From the NCBI RefSeq assembly GCF_004010195.1, contig NC_057720.1, positions 10,482,355 to 10,546,354 on the forward strand: a stretch of 64,000 bases of DNA, given 5' to 3'. Below are positions 51,560 to 64,000 of the stretch, one piece after another (positions within the stretch are counted from its first letter, which is position 1; every line of letters starts with the position of its first letter). The notes under the pieces were generated by a model that was given only the letters and a program-made list of their open reading frames with translations, did not search any database and had not been told where the DNA came from. A program made the position numbers and the translations under genes. This DNA comes from Chiloscyllium plagiosum. Its lineage: Eukaryota.

Positions 51560-53067
51560 TTGGACATGGTGAGGAGGTGCCAGTGTTGAACTGGGGTGGA
51601 CAAAGACAGGGGTCACATGACACCAGGTTATGGTCCAAGAGATTTATTTGAAATCACAAGCTTTTGCAGTGGTGCTGATGAAGGGGCTATGCTTTGAAAG
51701 CTTGTAATTTCAAATAAACCTGTTGGACTATAATCTGGTGTCTGAGAGAAAGTAAGAAATGCAGATGCTGGAGAGTCAGAGTCAAAAATTGTGGCGCTGG
51801 AAAAGCACAGCAGGTCACGCAGCATCCGAGGAGCAGGAGAGTTGACATTTCAGACATAAACCCCTACACTGACACACTCATTTGATTGGCGGAACAAGTC
51901 TTCACCCTCAACAAATTCTCCATAAATCCTCCCATTTCCTTCAGGCCAAAGGGGTAGCCATGGGCCTCCACATCGACCCTAGCTATGCTTGCCTCTTTGT
52001 AGGATATGTGAAACAGTCCATTTTCCACAGCTACACCATTCCCCACCCCTTCCTCCGCTAGATTGGTCACTGTATTGGCACCAACTTGTGCTCCCAGGAG
52101 GAGGTGAAACTGTTCATCAACCTCATGACCACCTTCCACCCTGACCTTAAGTTCACCTGGACCATTTCACACCTCCCTCCCCTTCCTGGACCTCTCCGTC
52201 ACCATCTCAGGTGACCAACCCTATATTGATATCTATTTTGAGCCCACTAACTCCCACAGCTGCCTGAACTACACCTCTTCCCACCCCTGCTCCCTGTAAA
52301 AGTACGATCCCTTACTCCCAATTTCTCCACCCCATCTGTATCTGCTCCTCGGAGGAGCAATTACACACCAGGACCTCCTAGATAGCCTCCTATTTCCAGG
52401 ACAACAATTTCCCCTCCCATGTGATCAACAATGCCCTCCAGGAAAATCTCATCCACTTCCCACACCTCTGCTATTGAACCCCATCCCTCCAACTGCAACA
52501 AGGATAGAACCACCCCGCACCCCGGTCCTCATCTTCCACCCCACTAATCTCTGGAGACATCCTCTACCGTTTTCACCACCTGCAGTCAGACTCCACACCA
52601 GAGATGTTTTCCCCCATCTGCGTTCTGCAGAACCATTCCTTCCGTGACTCCCTTGTTAGGGCCACATGCCACACAAACCCACCCGACACTCTCAGCACCT
52701 TCCTTGCCACCACAAGAGGTGTAAAACCTACACCCACACCTCCCCCGTCACCTCCATCCAAGGCCCCAAAAGATCTTTTCACATCCAGCAGAGATTTTTT
52801 CTGCACATCCAAACACCTCACCTACTTTGTCCATTACTCTCAATGTAGTCTCCTCTATATTGGAAGATAGGATGTTAACTTGCAGACCATTTCAGAGAAT
52901 ATATCTGAGACACACGCACCCAACAACCCCACTGCCCTGTGGCTGACCACTTCAATTCCCCCCCTCCCCCCATCCACCAAGGACGTGCAAGTCCTAGGCC
53001 TCCTCCACCACCAAATCCAAGCCACCCGACAACTGGAGGAAGAATGCCTCATCTTCCACCTTGGGAT
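51560..53067 (+). mobile_element. Penelope-like element(s): family-2 hairpin, inverted family-1 terminus, then RT to GIY-YIG remnant
   Basis: GVAMGLHIDPSYACLFVGYV RT motif at about 51951, LPFLDLSV at about 52180, CSLLYIG at about 52845; ends at an N-gap. Confidence 0.85.
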
Positions 53068-53400
53068 NNNNNNNNNNNNNNNNNNNNNNNNNNNNNNNNN
53101 NNNNNNNNNNNNNNNNNNNNNNNNNNNNNNNNNNNNNNNNNNNNNNNNNNNNNNNNNNNNNNNNNNNNNNNNNNNNNNNNNNNNNNNNNNNNNNNNNNNN
53201 NNNNNNNNNNNNNNNNNNNNNNNNNNNNNNNNNNNNNNNNNNNNNNNNNNNNNNNNNNNNNNNNNNNNNNNNNNNNNNNNNNNNNNNNNNNNNNNNNNNN
53301 NNNNNNNNNNNNNNNNNNNNNNNNNNNNNNNNNNNNNNNNNNNNNNNNNNNNNNNNNNNNNNNNNNNNNNNNNNNNNNNNNNNNNNNNNNNNNNNNNNNN

Positions 53401-56400
53401 GATTGCACCTAAATTGGAAGGGGACTAATATACTGTCAGGGAGATTTGCGAGAGCTGTCAGGAGGATTTAAACTAGTAAAGTGGGGGGTGTGGGACCCAA
53501 GGAGATAGTGAAGAAAGAGATCAATCTGAGACTGGTACAGTTGAGAAATGAGTCAAACAGTCAGTGCAGGCAGGGACAAGGTAGGACTAATAAATTAAAC
53601 TGCATTTATTTCAATGCAAGGGGCCTAACAGGGAAGGCTGATGAACTCAGGGCATGGTTAGGAACATGGAACTGGGAGGTCATAGCAATTACAGAAACAT
53701 GACTCAGGGATGGGCAGGACTGCCAGCTTAATGTTCCAGGATACAAATGCTACAGGAAGGATAGAAAGGGAGGCAAAAGAGGAGAGGGAGTGGCATTTTT
53801 GATCAGGGATAGCATTATAGCTGTGCTAAGGGAGGATATTCCTGGAAATACATCCAGGGAAGTTATTTGGGTAGAACTGAGAAATAAGAAAAGGATGATC
53901 ACCTTATTGGGATTGTATTATGGACCCCCCAATAGTCAGAGGGAAATTGAGAAACAAATTTGTAAGGAAATCTCAGTTATCTGTAAGAATAATAGGGTGG
54001 TTATGGTCGGGGATTTTAACTTTCCAAACATAGACTGGGACTGCCATAGCGTTAAAGGTGTAGATGGAGAGGAATTTGTTAAGTGTGTACAAGACAATTT
54101 TCTGATTCAGTATGTGAATGCCAGCGACCATACTTCTGTTCGACTTAAAATAGTGATGGAACAGAATAGAGTTGAAACTTTATTGCTGGAACAGCACAGC
54201 AGGTCAGGCAGCATCCAGGGAACAGGAGATTCGACGTTTCGGGCACAGGCCCTTCTTCAGTTCCTGTTCCAGTCGAATCTCCTGTTCCCTGGATGCTGCC
54301 TGACCTGCTGTGCTGTTCCAGCAATAAAGTTTCAACTTTGATCTCCAGCATCTGCAGACCTCACTTTCTCCTGGAACAGAATAGACCAGATCTAAAAGTT
54401 GAAGTTGTAAATTGGAGAAAGGCCAATTTTGGTGGTGTTAGGTAAGAACTTTCAAAAGCAAATTGGGGGCAGATGTTCACAGGTAAAAGGACGGCTGGAA
54501 AATGGGAAGTCTTCAGAAATGAGATAACGAGAGTCTAGAGAAAGTATATTCCTGTTAAGATGAAAATCAAGGTTGGTAGTTATAGGGAATGCTGAATGAC
54601 TAAAGAAATTGAGGGTTTCATTAAGAAAAGAAGGAAGCATATGTCAGGTACACACAGGATAGATCGAGTGAATCCTTAGAAGAGTATAAAGGCAGAAGGA
54701 GTATACTTAAGAGAGAAATCAGGATGCCAAAAAGGAGACATGAGGTAGTTTTGGCAAATAAAATTAAGGAGAATCCAAACGGTTTTTACAAATACATTAA
54801 GGACTAAAGGGTAACTAAGGAGAGAATAGGGCCCCTCAAAAATCAGCAAGGCAGCCATTGTGTGGAGCCACAGGAGATACTAAATGAGTATTTTGCATCA
54901 GTATTTACTATGGAAAAGATCATGGAAGATATGGAATGTAGGGAAATAGATGGTGACACCTTGAAAAATGTTCATATTGCAGAGGAGGAAGTGCTGGATG
55001 TCTTGAAATGCATAAAAATGGATAAATCCCCAGGACCTGATCAGGTGTAGCCAAGGACTCTGTGGGAAACGAAGGAAGTGATTGCTGGGCCCCTTGCTGA
55101 GATATTTGTATTCTTGATAGTCAGAGATGAGGTGCCGGAAGACTGGAGTTTGGCTAACATGGTGCCACTGTCTATAAAAGGTGGTAAGGACAAGCCAGGG
55201 CACTATAGACCAAGGTTCCTCATGGGAGACTGGTTAGTAAGGGTAGATCTCATGGAATACTGGAAGAACAAGCCATTTGGATATAGAACTGGCTCAAAGG
55301 TAGAAGACAGAGGGTGGTGGTAGAGGGTTGTTTTTCAGACTAGAGACCTGTGACCACTAGAGTGCTACAAGGATTGGTGCTGGGTCCACTACTTTTCATC
55401 ATTTATATACATGAAATTGGATGTAAGCATAAGCGGTATGGTTAGTAAGTTTGCAGATGACACCAAAATAGGAGATGAAGTGGACAGCAAAGAAGGTTAC
55501 CTCAGATTACAGCGGGATCTTGACCAGATGGGCCAATGGGCTGAGAAGTGACAGATAGTGTTTAACTTAGATAAATGTGAGGTGCTGCATCTTGGGAAAG
55601 CAAATCTTAGCAGAACTTGTATATGTAATGGCAAGGACCCAGGGAGTGTTGTTGAACAAAGAGACCTTGGAGTGTAGGTTCATAGCTCCTTGAAAGTGGA
55701 GTCGCAGGTAGATAGTGAAGAAGGCGTTTGGTATGCTTTCTTATATTGGTCAGAGTATTGAGTACAGGAGTTGGGAGGTCATGTTGCGGCTGTACGGGAC
55801 ATTGGTTTGGCCACTGTTGGAATATTGTGTGCACTTCTGGGCTCCTTCCTGTCAGAAAGATGTTGTGAAACCCGAAAGGGTTCAGAAAAGATTTACAAGG
55901 ATGTTGCCAGGGTTGGAGGATTTGAGCTATAGGGAGAGGTTGAATAGGCTAGGGCTGTTCTCCCTGGAGTTTAGATCAGAGAGGTGCTGGAAAAGCACAG
56001 CAGGTCAGGCAGCATCTGAGGAGCAGGAAAATCGAAGTTTCGGGCAAAAGTCCTTCATCAGGAAAAGAAGCAGGGACTTCACCAGTTTCCTCATTCCCCC
56101 TCCCCCACCTTACCTCAGTTCCAACCTTCCAGCTCAGCACTGTCCTCATGACCTGTCCTACCTGCCAATCTCCTTTCCCACCTATCCACTCCACCCTCCT
56201 CTCTGACCTTCATCCCCACCCCTATTCACCCAATGTACTCTTTGATACCTTCCCCCACCCTCCTCTCTGACCTATCACTTCCATCCCCACCACATTCACN
56301 NNNNNNNNNNNNNNNNNNNNNNNNNNNNNNNNNNNNNNNNNNNNNNNNNNNNNNNNNNNNNNNNNNNNNNNNNNNNNNNNNNNNNNNNNNNNNNNNNNNN

Positions 56401-57322
56401 NNNNNNNNNNNNNNNNNNNNNNNNNNNNNNNNNNNNNNNNNNNNNNNNNNNNNNNNNNNNNNNNNNNNNNNNNNNNNNNNNNNNNNNNNNNNNNNNNNNN
56501 NNNNNNNNNNNNNNNNNNNNNNNNNTCCTCTCTGACCTATCACCTCCATCCCCACCACATTCACCTATTGTACTCTTTGATACCTTCCCCCACCCTCCTC
56601 TCTGACCTATCACCTCCATCCCCACCACATTCACCTATTGTACTCTTTGATACCTTTTCCCACCTTCCTCTCTGACCTATCACCTCCATCCCCACCTCCA
56701 TTCAACTATTGTACTCTTTGCTACCGTCTCCCCAGACCCACCCCTGCCTCCCCCATTTATCTCTCCACCCGGCTTCTTTTCTTGATGAAGGGCTTTTGCC
56801 CGAAACATCGATTTTCCTGCTCCTTGGATGCTGCCTGACCTGCTGTGCTTTTCCAGCACCACTCTGATCCAAACTCTATTTTCCATTATCTGCAGTCCTC
56901 ACTTTTGCCCTATTTTCCCTGGAGCGCTGGAGGCTGAGAGGTGACCTTATAGAGGTTTATAAAATTATGAGGGGCTTGGATAGTTTAAATAGACAAAATC
57001 TCTTCACTGGGTTGGGGGAGTTCAGAACTAGAGGGCATAGGTTTAGGGTGAGGGGAAAGATATAAAAGAGACCTAAGGGGCAACGTTTTCACGCAGAGGT
57101 GGTGCGTGTTTGGAATGAGCTACCAGAGGAAGTGGTGGAGGCTCATACAATTGCAACATTTAAAAGGCATTTGGATGGGTATATGAATAGGAAGGGTTTG
57201 GAGGGACATAGGCCGGATGCTGGCTGGTGGGACTGGATTGGGTTGGGATATCTGGTCAGCATGGACAAGTTGGACCAAAGGGTCTCTTTCTGTACTGTAC
57301 ATGTCTATGACTTTATGTCTCT
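53401..57322 (+). mobile_element. Near full-length degraded CR1 LINE (end of ORF1, APE endonuclease, RT, 3' end) with nested Penelope pieces at 54171-54371 and about 55972-56910
   Basis: CIYFNARGL...IAITET, VMVGDFNFPNIDW, LNEYFASVFT, SKFADDTK and VWNELPEEVV motifs. Confidence 0.92.
56195..56720. repeat. 70-bp C-rich tandem repeat spanning an N-gap
   Basis: Unit ctcctctctgacctatcacctccatccccaccacattcacctattgtactctttgataccttcccccacc repeated on both sides of gap 56300-56525. Confidence 0.9.
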
Positions 57323-58021
57323 GAGGTGTAACAGCATCTGCAGAGAGAAATCAGGTTTGACATTTCAGGTCGAGTGACCCTTCCTCAGTACAATTACAAC
57401 ATTTGAAAGACATCTGGATGGGTATAGCAATGGGAAGGGTTTACAGAGAAATGGGCCAAATGCTAGCAAATGGTACGAGATTAATTTAGAATATCACGTC
57501 AGAATAGATGGGTCACTGGTCCTGAAACATTAACTCTGATGTTTCTCCAAAGATACTGCCAGACCTGCTGAGCTTTTCCAGCAATTTCTGTTTTTGTTTC
57601 TGATTTACAGCATCCGCAGTTTTTTACTGTTTTTATAATATATTAAAACAAACATTTGGCAATAAGACTTCCTGATGAAGTGTCAATCTGATAAATATAA
57701 TGCATTAATCTCATATGTCTACACACTGACTGAATTCGCATTAGTGCTTTCTCCAGGATCCCCACAGTCCTGTCTCCACATGTTCAAACCAGACACCCAC
57801 AGCCCACACCAGGTAAGGTCTGGGAGTGGGAATCTTGGCCCAAGATGCAACAACAAAGAGGGAGTCTGGGCTGGGGATCCGACAGCAAGCAGTGAGTCCA
57901 GGTCTGGGATCCAACAGCAACAGGAATCCAGGACCGGGAATCTGATGGGTAGGGGGGTTCTGGATGAAGATACTGTCGAGGCCAAGGCTGGATTGAGACA
58001 GTAAACCAATAAAAATCCAGC

Positions 58022-58130
58022 AGAAGGAAGGAAGGAAAGAAAAGAAGGAGGGAAGGGAAGGAGGGAGGGACGGAAGCGGACGGAGAAAGGCAAGGAGGGA
58101 TGGAGGGAGGGAAGGAAGGAGGGAGGGAGT
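58022..58130. repeat. Purine-rich (GGAA/GGGA)n simple repeat
   Basis: Directly visible. Confidence 0.9.
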
Positions 58131-58139
58131 GAGGCCGCA

Positions 58140-59360
58140 CAAATCTTCCACATCAAGAATCCTGTCTTCAGCATTCAAATTTGAACTTCCAAAATAAATC
58201 ACTTCCAATTTATTCAGGTTGAACTCTGTCACTTCTCAGCCCAGCTCTGCATCCTGTCGATGTCTTGTTGTAACCTGCAACAGCCCTCGACACCATCTAC
58301 AACACCACGCACCTTTGTGCCATTGACAAATTTACTAACCCACCCTTTCACTTCTTCATTCAAGTCATTTACAAAAACTACAAAGACTGGAGGTTCAGGA
58401 ACAGATCCCTGCAGGACACCATTGGTCACCGACCTCCAGGTGGAATACTTTCTATCCACTGCCACTCACTGTCTTCTTTTGGCCAGCTAATTCTGTATTC
58501 AGACAGCCACATTTCTCTGTATCCCATACTCCTAACTTTCTGAATGAGTGTATCATGGGGAACCTTATCAAATGCCTTACTGGAATCCATATACACCACA
58601 TCCACTGCTCGACCTGCTTCAACTTGTCTCGTCACATCCTCAAAGAATTCAATAAGGCTTGTGAGCCATGACCTGTCTCACATAAAGCCATGTATGTCGA
58701 TCCCTCAAAGTTGCTACCCATGTTAATCGGGTTGTTTAGAAGGAATATGGCATTTTGTCTTTCATTAACAGGGTGAGTGAGTTTAAAAGCTGCAGCTTTA
58801 TAAAACCCCACTTAGACCACACTTGTAATATTGTGTCCAGTTCTGAGCACCTCGTTACAGGAAGGATGTAAATGCTTTTTAGAGGGTTCAGAGGAGATTT
58901 ACCAAGAAGCTGCCTGACTTGAAGGGCTTATTTTATGAAGAGAGGTTGAGAGAGCTAGTCCTTTTCACGTTGGAGAGAAGACAGAAGAGAGGTGACCTGA
59001 TAGAGATGTCCAAAGTAATGAGAAGCATAGATAGAGTAAATAGCCAGAGACTGTTCCCCAGGGCAGAAATGGCTGTCACAAGGGGTGATAATTTTTAAAT
59101 AATTTGAAGAAGATATAGGGGATATGTCAGAGGTAGGTTCTTTACACAGGGAGTGGTGGGTGCACAGAATGCACTGCCAGCGGTGGTAGTAGAATCAGCG
59201 ACAGGAGGGACATTTAAGTGACTGCTGCACAAGCAGATCGACGGCAGTAAAATGAGAGGTGCGAAGGTTAAGCTGATATCAGATTATGATAAATGATTGG
59301 CATAACATTGTGGGCTGAAGGGCCTGTACTGTGCTGTACTGTTCTATGTTCTATGTTCTA
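58140..59360. mobile_element. CR1 with an inverted 5' segment (58140-58692 minus; 58695-59360 plus)
   Basis: The minus piece encodes IEFFEDVTRQV...DKLEVIYFG; the plus piece starts at the consensus position just downstream (gatccctcaaagttgc) and ends in (ttctatg)n. Confidence 0.85.
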
Positions 59361-60356
59361 GTTAAAATGAAAGATAAATGATAAGTTGTGGATGTAGCAT
59401 GTTTGGATTTTAAGAATGCATTTGACAATTAGATCATAAGATCATAAGATTTACAATTTACCACATGTTAAGCTATTTAGTAAAAGAGAGCCCATGGTGT
59501 TGGAGATAGTACATTGGCATGGATCGAGGGTTTGTTTGAAAAGAAAGAGTTGGCATCAGGGGGACATTTTCAGGTTGGCAACCCGTAATGAGTGGTGTGT
59601 GACAAGAGTCCGTGTTGTTGCCACAATGGTTCACAATATACATTGATGATCTGGATGAGGAAGGTGAATGTACTACCGCCCAGTTTGTGATTGACTCAAA
59701 AGCATAGGTGGGAAGGTGAGTGGTGGGTATGACAGAGAGTCTGCAGAGTGATATAGTCAGGTTAAGTGAATGGACAAAAACTGAATGTATAAAGTGGGAA
59801 AATGTGAAGTTATGCACTTTGGCAGGTAGGATAGTGGAGTTAAATATTCTTAAAATGAAGAGAGACTGCAGAAAGCCTCAGAACAGAGGGATTTGAAATC
59901 TTCATCCATGAAGCACAAAAGGCTCACATCCAAGTTGAGAAAGTAAAGGGGACACAAATAGAACATCGGCCTTTATTTCAAAGGAAATAGAGTATAAAGT
60001 CTCTAATTGCCAACTTCTGAAGTTCAAACTCTTTCTGCTTCTCTTCCTCTCTTTCTACTGCTCGGGCCTTTGTCTCCTCTTTTTCCTCTGCTTTTAATTG
60101 CAATTAAAACTGTTTTGTTTCCTTACCTCTTTCTTTTTGTTCTGTCAGGGCTATTCTTCCCTTTGCTTTTGCCTCTAATTCAAACTGTTTTATTTGCAAC
60201 TGAATTTTAGCCATTTCCAAAGATTCTGCTGGCATTTCCGAAAATTGCAGCTATTGCTGCAATTCCCTCCAATATTCGCATGGACTGGGGCAACCCGAAC
60301 TCCAGCTTGTTTGTCAATTCCAACAGCTTTGCCTTGCTCACTTTGTGTAAAACTCC

Positions 60357-61763
60357 CAATTATAGACCAGTTAGTCTGACCTCAATGGTGGGAAAGATGC
60401 TGGAGTCTATTATAAAGGATGAAATTACGACACATCTGGATAGTAGTAACAGGATAGGTCAGAGACAGCATGGATTTATGAAGCGGAAATCATGCTTGAC
60501 TAACCTTCTGGAATTTTTTGAGGGTGTGACTCTGAAGATGGACGAGGGAGATCCAGTAGATGTAGTGTACCTGGACTTTCAGAAAGCTTTTAATAAAGTC
60601 CCACATAGGAGGTTAGTGAGCAAAGTTAGGGCGCATGGTATTGGGGGCAAAGTACTAACTTGGATTAAAAGTTGGTTGGCTGATAGGAAACAAAGAGTAG
60701 TGATAAACGGCTCCATTTCGGAATGGCAGGCAGTGACCAGTGGGGTACCGCAGGGATCAGTGCTGGGACCGCAGCTTTTTACAATATAGGTTAATGATAT
60801 AGAAGTGGTAATAGTAATAACTTGCAAATTTGCTGATGATACTAAGCTGGGTGGCAGGGTGAAATGTGAGGAGGATGTTAGGAAATTACAGGGTGACCTG
60901 CACAAGTTAGGTGAGTGGTCAGGGGCATGGCAGATGCAGTTTAATGTGGATAAGTGTATGGTTATCCACTTTGGTGGCAAGAACAGGAAGGCAGATTACG
61001 ACCTAAATGAAATCAATTCAGGTAAAGGAGCAGTACAAAGAGATCTGGGTGTTCTTGTACACTAGTCAATGAAAGTAAGCATGCAGGTACAGGAGGTAGT
61101 GAAGAAGGCTAATAGCATGCTGGCCTTCATAACAAGAGGGATTGAGTATAGAAGCAAAGAGGTTCTTCTGCAGTTGTACAGGGCCCTGGTGAGACCACAC
61201 TGGAATATTGTGTGCAGTTCTGGTCTCCAAATTTGAGGAAAGACATTCTGGCTATTGAGGGAGTGCAGCGTAGGTTCACGAGGTCAATTCCTGGAATGGC
61301 GGGACTACATTACGCTGAAAAACTGGAGCAACTGGGCTTGCATACCCTTGAGTTTAGCAGACTGAGAGGGGATCTGACTGAGACATATAAGATTATTAAA
61401 GGATTGGACACTCTGGAGGCAGGAAACATGTTTCAGCTGATGGGTGAGTGCTGAACCAGAGGACACAGCTTAAAAATACGGGGTAGACATTTAGGACAGA
61501 GATGAGGAGAAATGTCTTCACCCAGAGGGTGGTGGCTGTGTGGAATGCTCTGCCCCAGAGGGCAGTGGAGGCCCAGTCTCTGGATTTATTTAAGAAAGAG
61601 TTGGATAGAGCTCTCAAGGATAGTGGAATCAAGGGTTATGGAGATAAGGCAGGAACAGGATACTGATTAAGGATGATCAGCCATGATCATATTGAATGGT
61701 GGTGCAGGCTCAAAGGGCAGAATGGCCTAATCCTGCACCTATTATCTATTGTCTATTGTCTAT
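60357..61763 (+). mobile_element. CR1 LINE RT and 3' end (distinct subfamily)
   Basis: NYRPVSLTS, VYLDFQKAFNKVPH, VPQGSVLGPQLF and KFADDTKLGG motifs; (tctattg)n tail. Confidence 0.93.
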
Positions 61764-62734
61764 AACTTTCTTCCACCTCCAGAAAACTCTTAGTGAGTGA
61801 AAAAGCCATTACTACAAAAGGCACTCCTTGTTTCAATCTGCCGAATTCAATACCTTAAAATCACTGACAATAACTATTTGCAGCCTTTTGAGTCCAATAA
61901 TCCTAAACCCGACTTGGAAATTATAGATTTCAATCATGACAACAGTCCCCAGTTTATGATACATCAGACCAGACTCCCTCAAAAATATTTTAAGAAGGTA
62001 AACTAGACTCTAACCTTATCTTATTGTAAAGGCAAATGTCAAGTGTCTTAAATGCAATATGACTGGTCAAACTACTCGACATTAAGCAATTATAAACACT
62101 GTAGTTAAAATATAACCAAAGAAAGGGGAATTCAGAATAACTTAACTCTTTTGGAAACTTAGCAGAATAATAGACACAGTAGCTATAACTAATTAACTGT
62201 TCCAATATAGTAACACCAAATAAACAGACCCCTTAGCAAAAAAGAAAACTCAGACAAATTCTCACATCTATTTCTCTAATCCGGAGGAAAAATATCACGA
62301 GAACATTCAGGGAGAGTAACAGCCAAGAGACATTCACTGAAGCTTCCAATTCTTTTGAGACCCCAATATCTTCTGATGTTACTGACAAAACCAAATTCCA
62401 GACATCTGGGTCTGTGAGAGCTGGCCATAGATATTCAAGCTGTTTTTTTAGAAACACACCAAGGCCTTCCAATCTGTTTACTCAGTCTTCAGTAGCAAAT
62501 TTGGTACCTTTATCCTACAAGCTCATTTCAAAACAAAAACAGAGAGAAAAGAAACCTCTTAAAGTGACAGTATTGTCACATGTGTGAGTGTGTATAAGGT
62601 TGGGTGTGTTATGATGACAGTTCAGATGATGTGAGAAATAAATGGTCATCTGTTCTTTTGATTTAATCTAACAAGGTTTCGTGCATGTGCTTTGAAGTTA
62701 CAAAGTGATGAAACACGGTATCTCTGAAGCTGCA

Positions 62735-62858
62735 CTGAAAATGTGTTGCTAGAAAAGTGCAGCAGGCCAGGCAGCATCCAAGGAACAGGAGAATCGACGT
62801 TTCGGGCATAAGCCCTTCTTCAGCTCTGATCTCCAGCATCTGCAGTCCTCACTTTCTC
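62735..62858. mobile_element. Penelope-derived mini-element with an intact hammerhead core on the minus strand (62791-62823)
   Basis: CUGAAGA-a-GGGC-uuau-GCCC-GAAA-C-GUC; flanked by atctctgaagctgca at 62720-62734 and 62859-62873. Confidence 0.82.
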
Positions 62859-62956
62859 ATCTCTGAAGCTGCAATCAGCCAAGAAATTAGAAAAGAGAGA
62901 AATTCTCCCACACTTCTCCCCATCTGTAACACTAAATATAATTATTCCACAGGACT

Positions 62957-63343
62957 TTATAGAAGTTTATAAAATCATGAAGGGTATAGATAGGATAAAT
63001 AGACAAATTCTTTTCCCTGGGATGGGGGAGTCTAGAACTAGAGGGTATAGGTTTAGGGGGAGAGGGGAAAGATATAAAAGAGACCTAAGGGGCAACTGTT
63101 TCACTCAGAGGGTGATATGTGAATGAAATGAGCTGCTAGAAGAAGTGGTGGAGGCGAGTACAATTGCAACATGTAAAAGTCACCTGGATGGGAATATGAA
63201 TAGGAAGGGGTTGGAGGGATATGGGACAGGTGCTGACAGGTGGGACTAGATTGGGTTGGGACATCTGGTTGGCATGGACGAGTTGGACCGAAGGGTCTGT
63301 TTCCATGCTGTACATCTCTATGACGTTATGACTCTATGACTCT
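62957..63343 (+). mobile_element. CR1 3' fragment flanked by a 91-bp direct duplication
   Basis: EVYKIMKGIDR...FTQRV motif and (tctatgac)n tail; duplicates at 62866-62956 and 63344-63434. Confidence 0.88.
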
Positions 63344-64000
63344 AAGTTGCAATCAGCCAAGAGGTGAGAAAAGGGAGAAATTCTCCCACATCTCTCTCCA
63401 TCTCGAACACTAAACATAATTATTCCACAGGACTCCTATCATTCCCAAATTCCTAACTCATCCACAATAGCTCCACCTTTGCTGTCAGGTCATCAGCGAT
63501 GTTTAACTTTGCTTTCTGGCTCAGCCAATCAGAATCCCTTTATTGCTGCTCTTTTCTTTTCTTCCCTTATACATTTCCTCACCGTCTCACCGACTGGCCA
63601 CCAACCAGCTAAACAAGAAACATGGAATGGTGGAATTCTGAAACAGAAAGAGGAATTGCTGGAGAACCTCAGCAGGTCTGGCAGCATCTGCGGGGTGAGA
63701 AAATCAGAGTTAATGTTTCAGGTCCAGCTACACTTGGTCAGATTCTGAAACACAAATTCTGTTTCTGTTTCTGTCTCCACAGATGCTGCCAGATCTGCTA
63801 AAGTTCTCCAGCAATTCCTGTTTTAGTCTCAATCATCTAATCCCTCCATTCATGGTTGAAGTTTCCTTTTGATGCATATTTCCATTTGTGATCCTTGTTG
63901 ATATTCTTCTATTAAAGGAGCCAATTGGATTTATGTTGTTGATGATAGTAGTGTGGAAGTTGAATGGTATTGTTGTTTTCAGAAAACTTTCTCTGTGAGA

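Noticed and set aside
56195..56720. Regularly spaced repeats that might suggest a CRISPR-like array
   Set aside because: Head-to-tail 70-bp units without unique spacers, inside a Penelope terminus in a vertebrate genome.
57675..58232. Several overlapping 109-163 aa ORFs
   Set aside because: Driven by the GGAA simple repeat and an adjacent CR1 piece; no domain recognised.
61764..62582. Possible solo LTR ending in tgtcaca
   Set aside because: No second copy, primer-binding site or target duplication could be confirmed from this window.

Overview
Repeat-dense eukaryotic DNA, very probably from a shark or other elasmobranch (HE1-type tRNA SINEs, abundant CR1 LINEs and Penelope-like elements), from a draft assembly with five N-gaps. 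Most of the supplied ORFs are transposon debris or noise. Manual translation of the minus strand gives two sets of host-gene exons with canonical splice sites. (1) CLCA (calcium-activated chloride channel regulator) exons equivalent to human CLCA1 exons 5, 10, 11, 12 and 13 lie at 1-11004; the last codon of the exon-10 equivalent is an in-frame TAG. (2) A decayed ABCA4-like fragment (exons 10, 12 and 13) lies at 26324-36489, disrupted by a frameshift, a CR1 insertion and a Penelope-derived insertion. I could not find CLCA exons 1-4 and 6-9, or ABCA4 exons 1-9, 11 and 14 onward, so the two partial genes sit head-to-tail with compatible intron phase. The Penelope-like termini carry minimal hammerhead-ribozyme motifs (CUGANGA...GAAA) in three distinct families, including many tiny hairpin-only insertions. 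Also present: a Gmr1-like (integrase-before-RT) gypsy relic, a Tigger transposon, a 5'-inverted CR1, a 91-bp duplication flanking a CR1 3' fragment, and an unexplained 163-bp inverted repeat. Homology calls come from recalled protein motifs, not database searches. I found no wholly new biological system that I can support.
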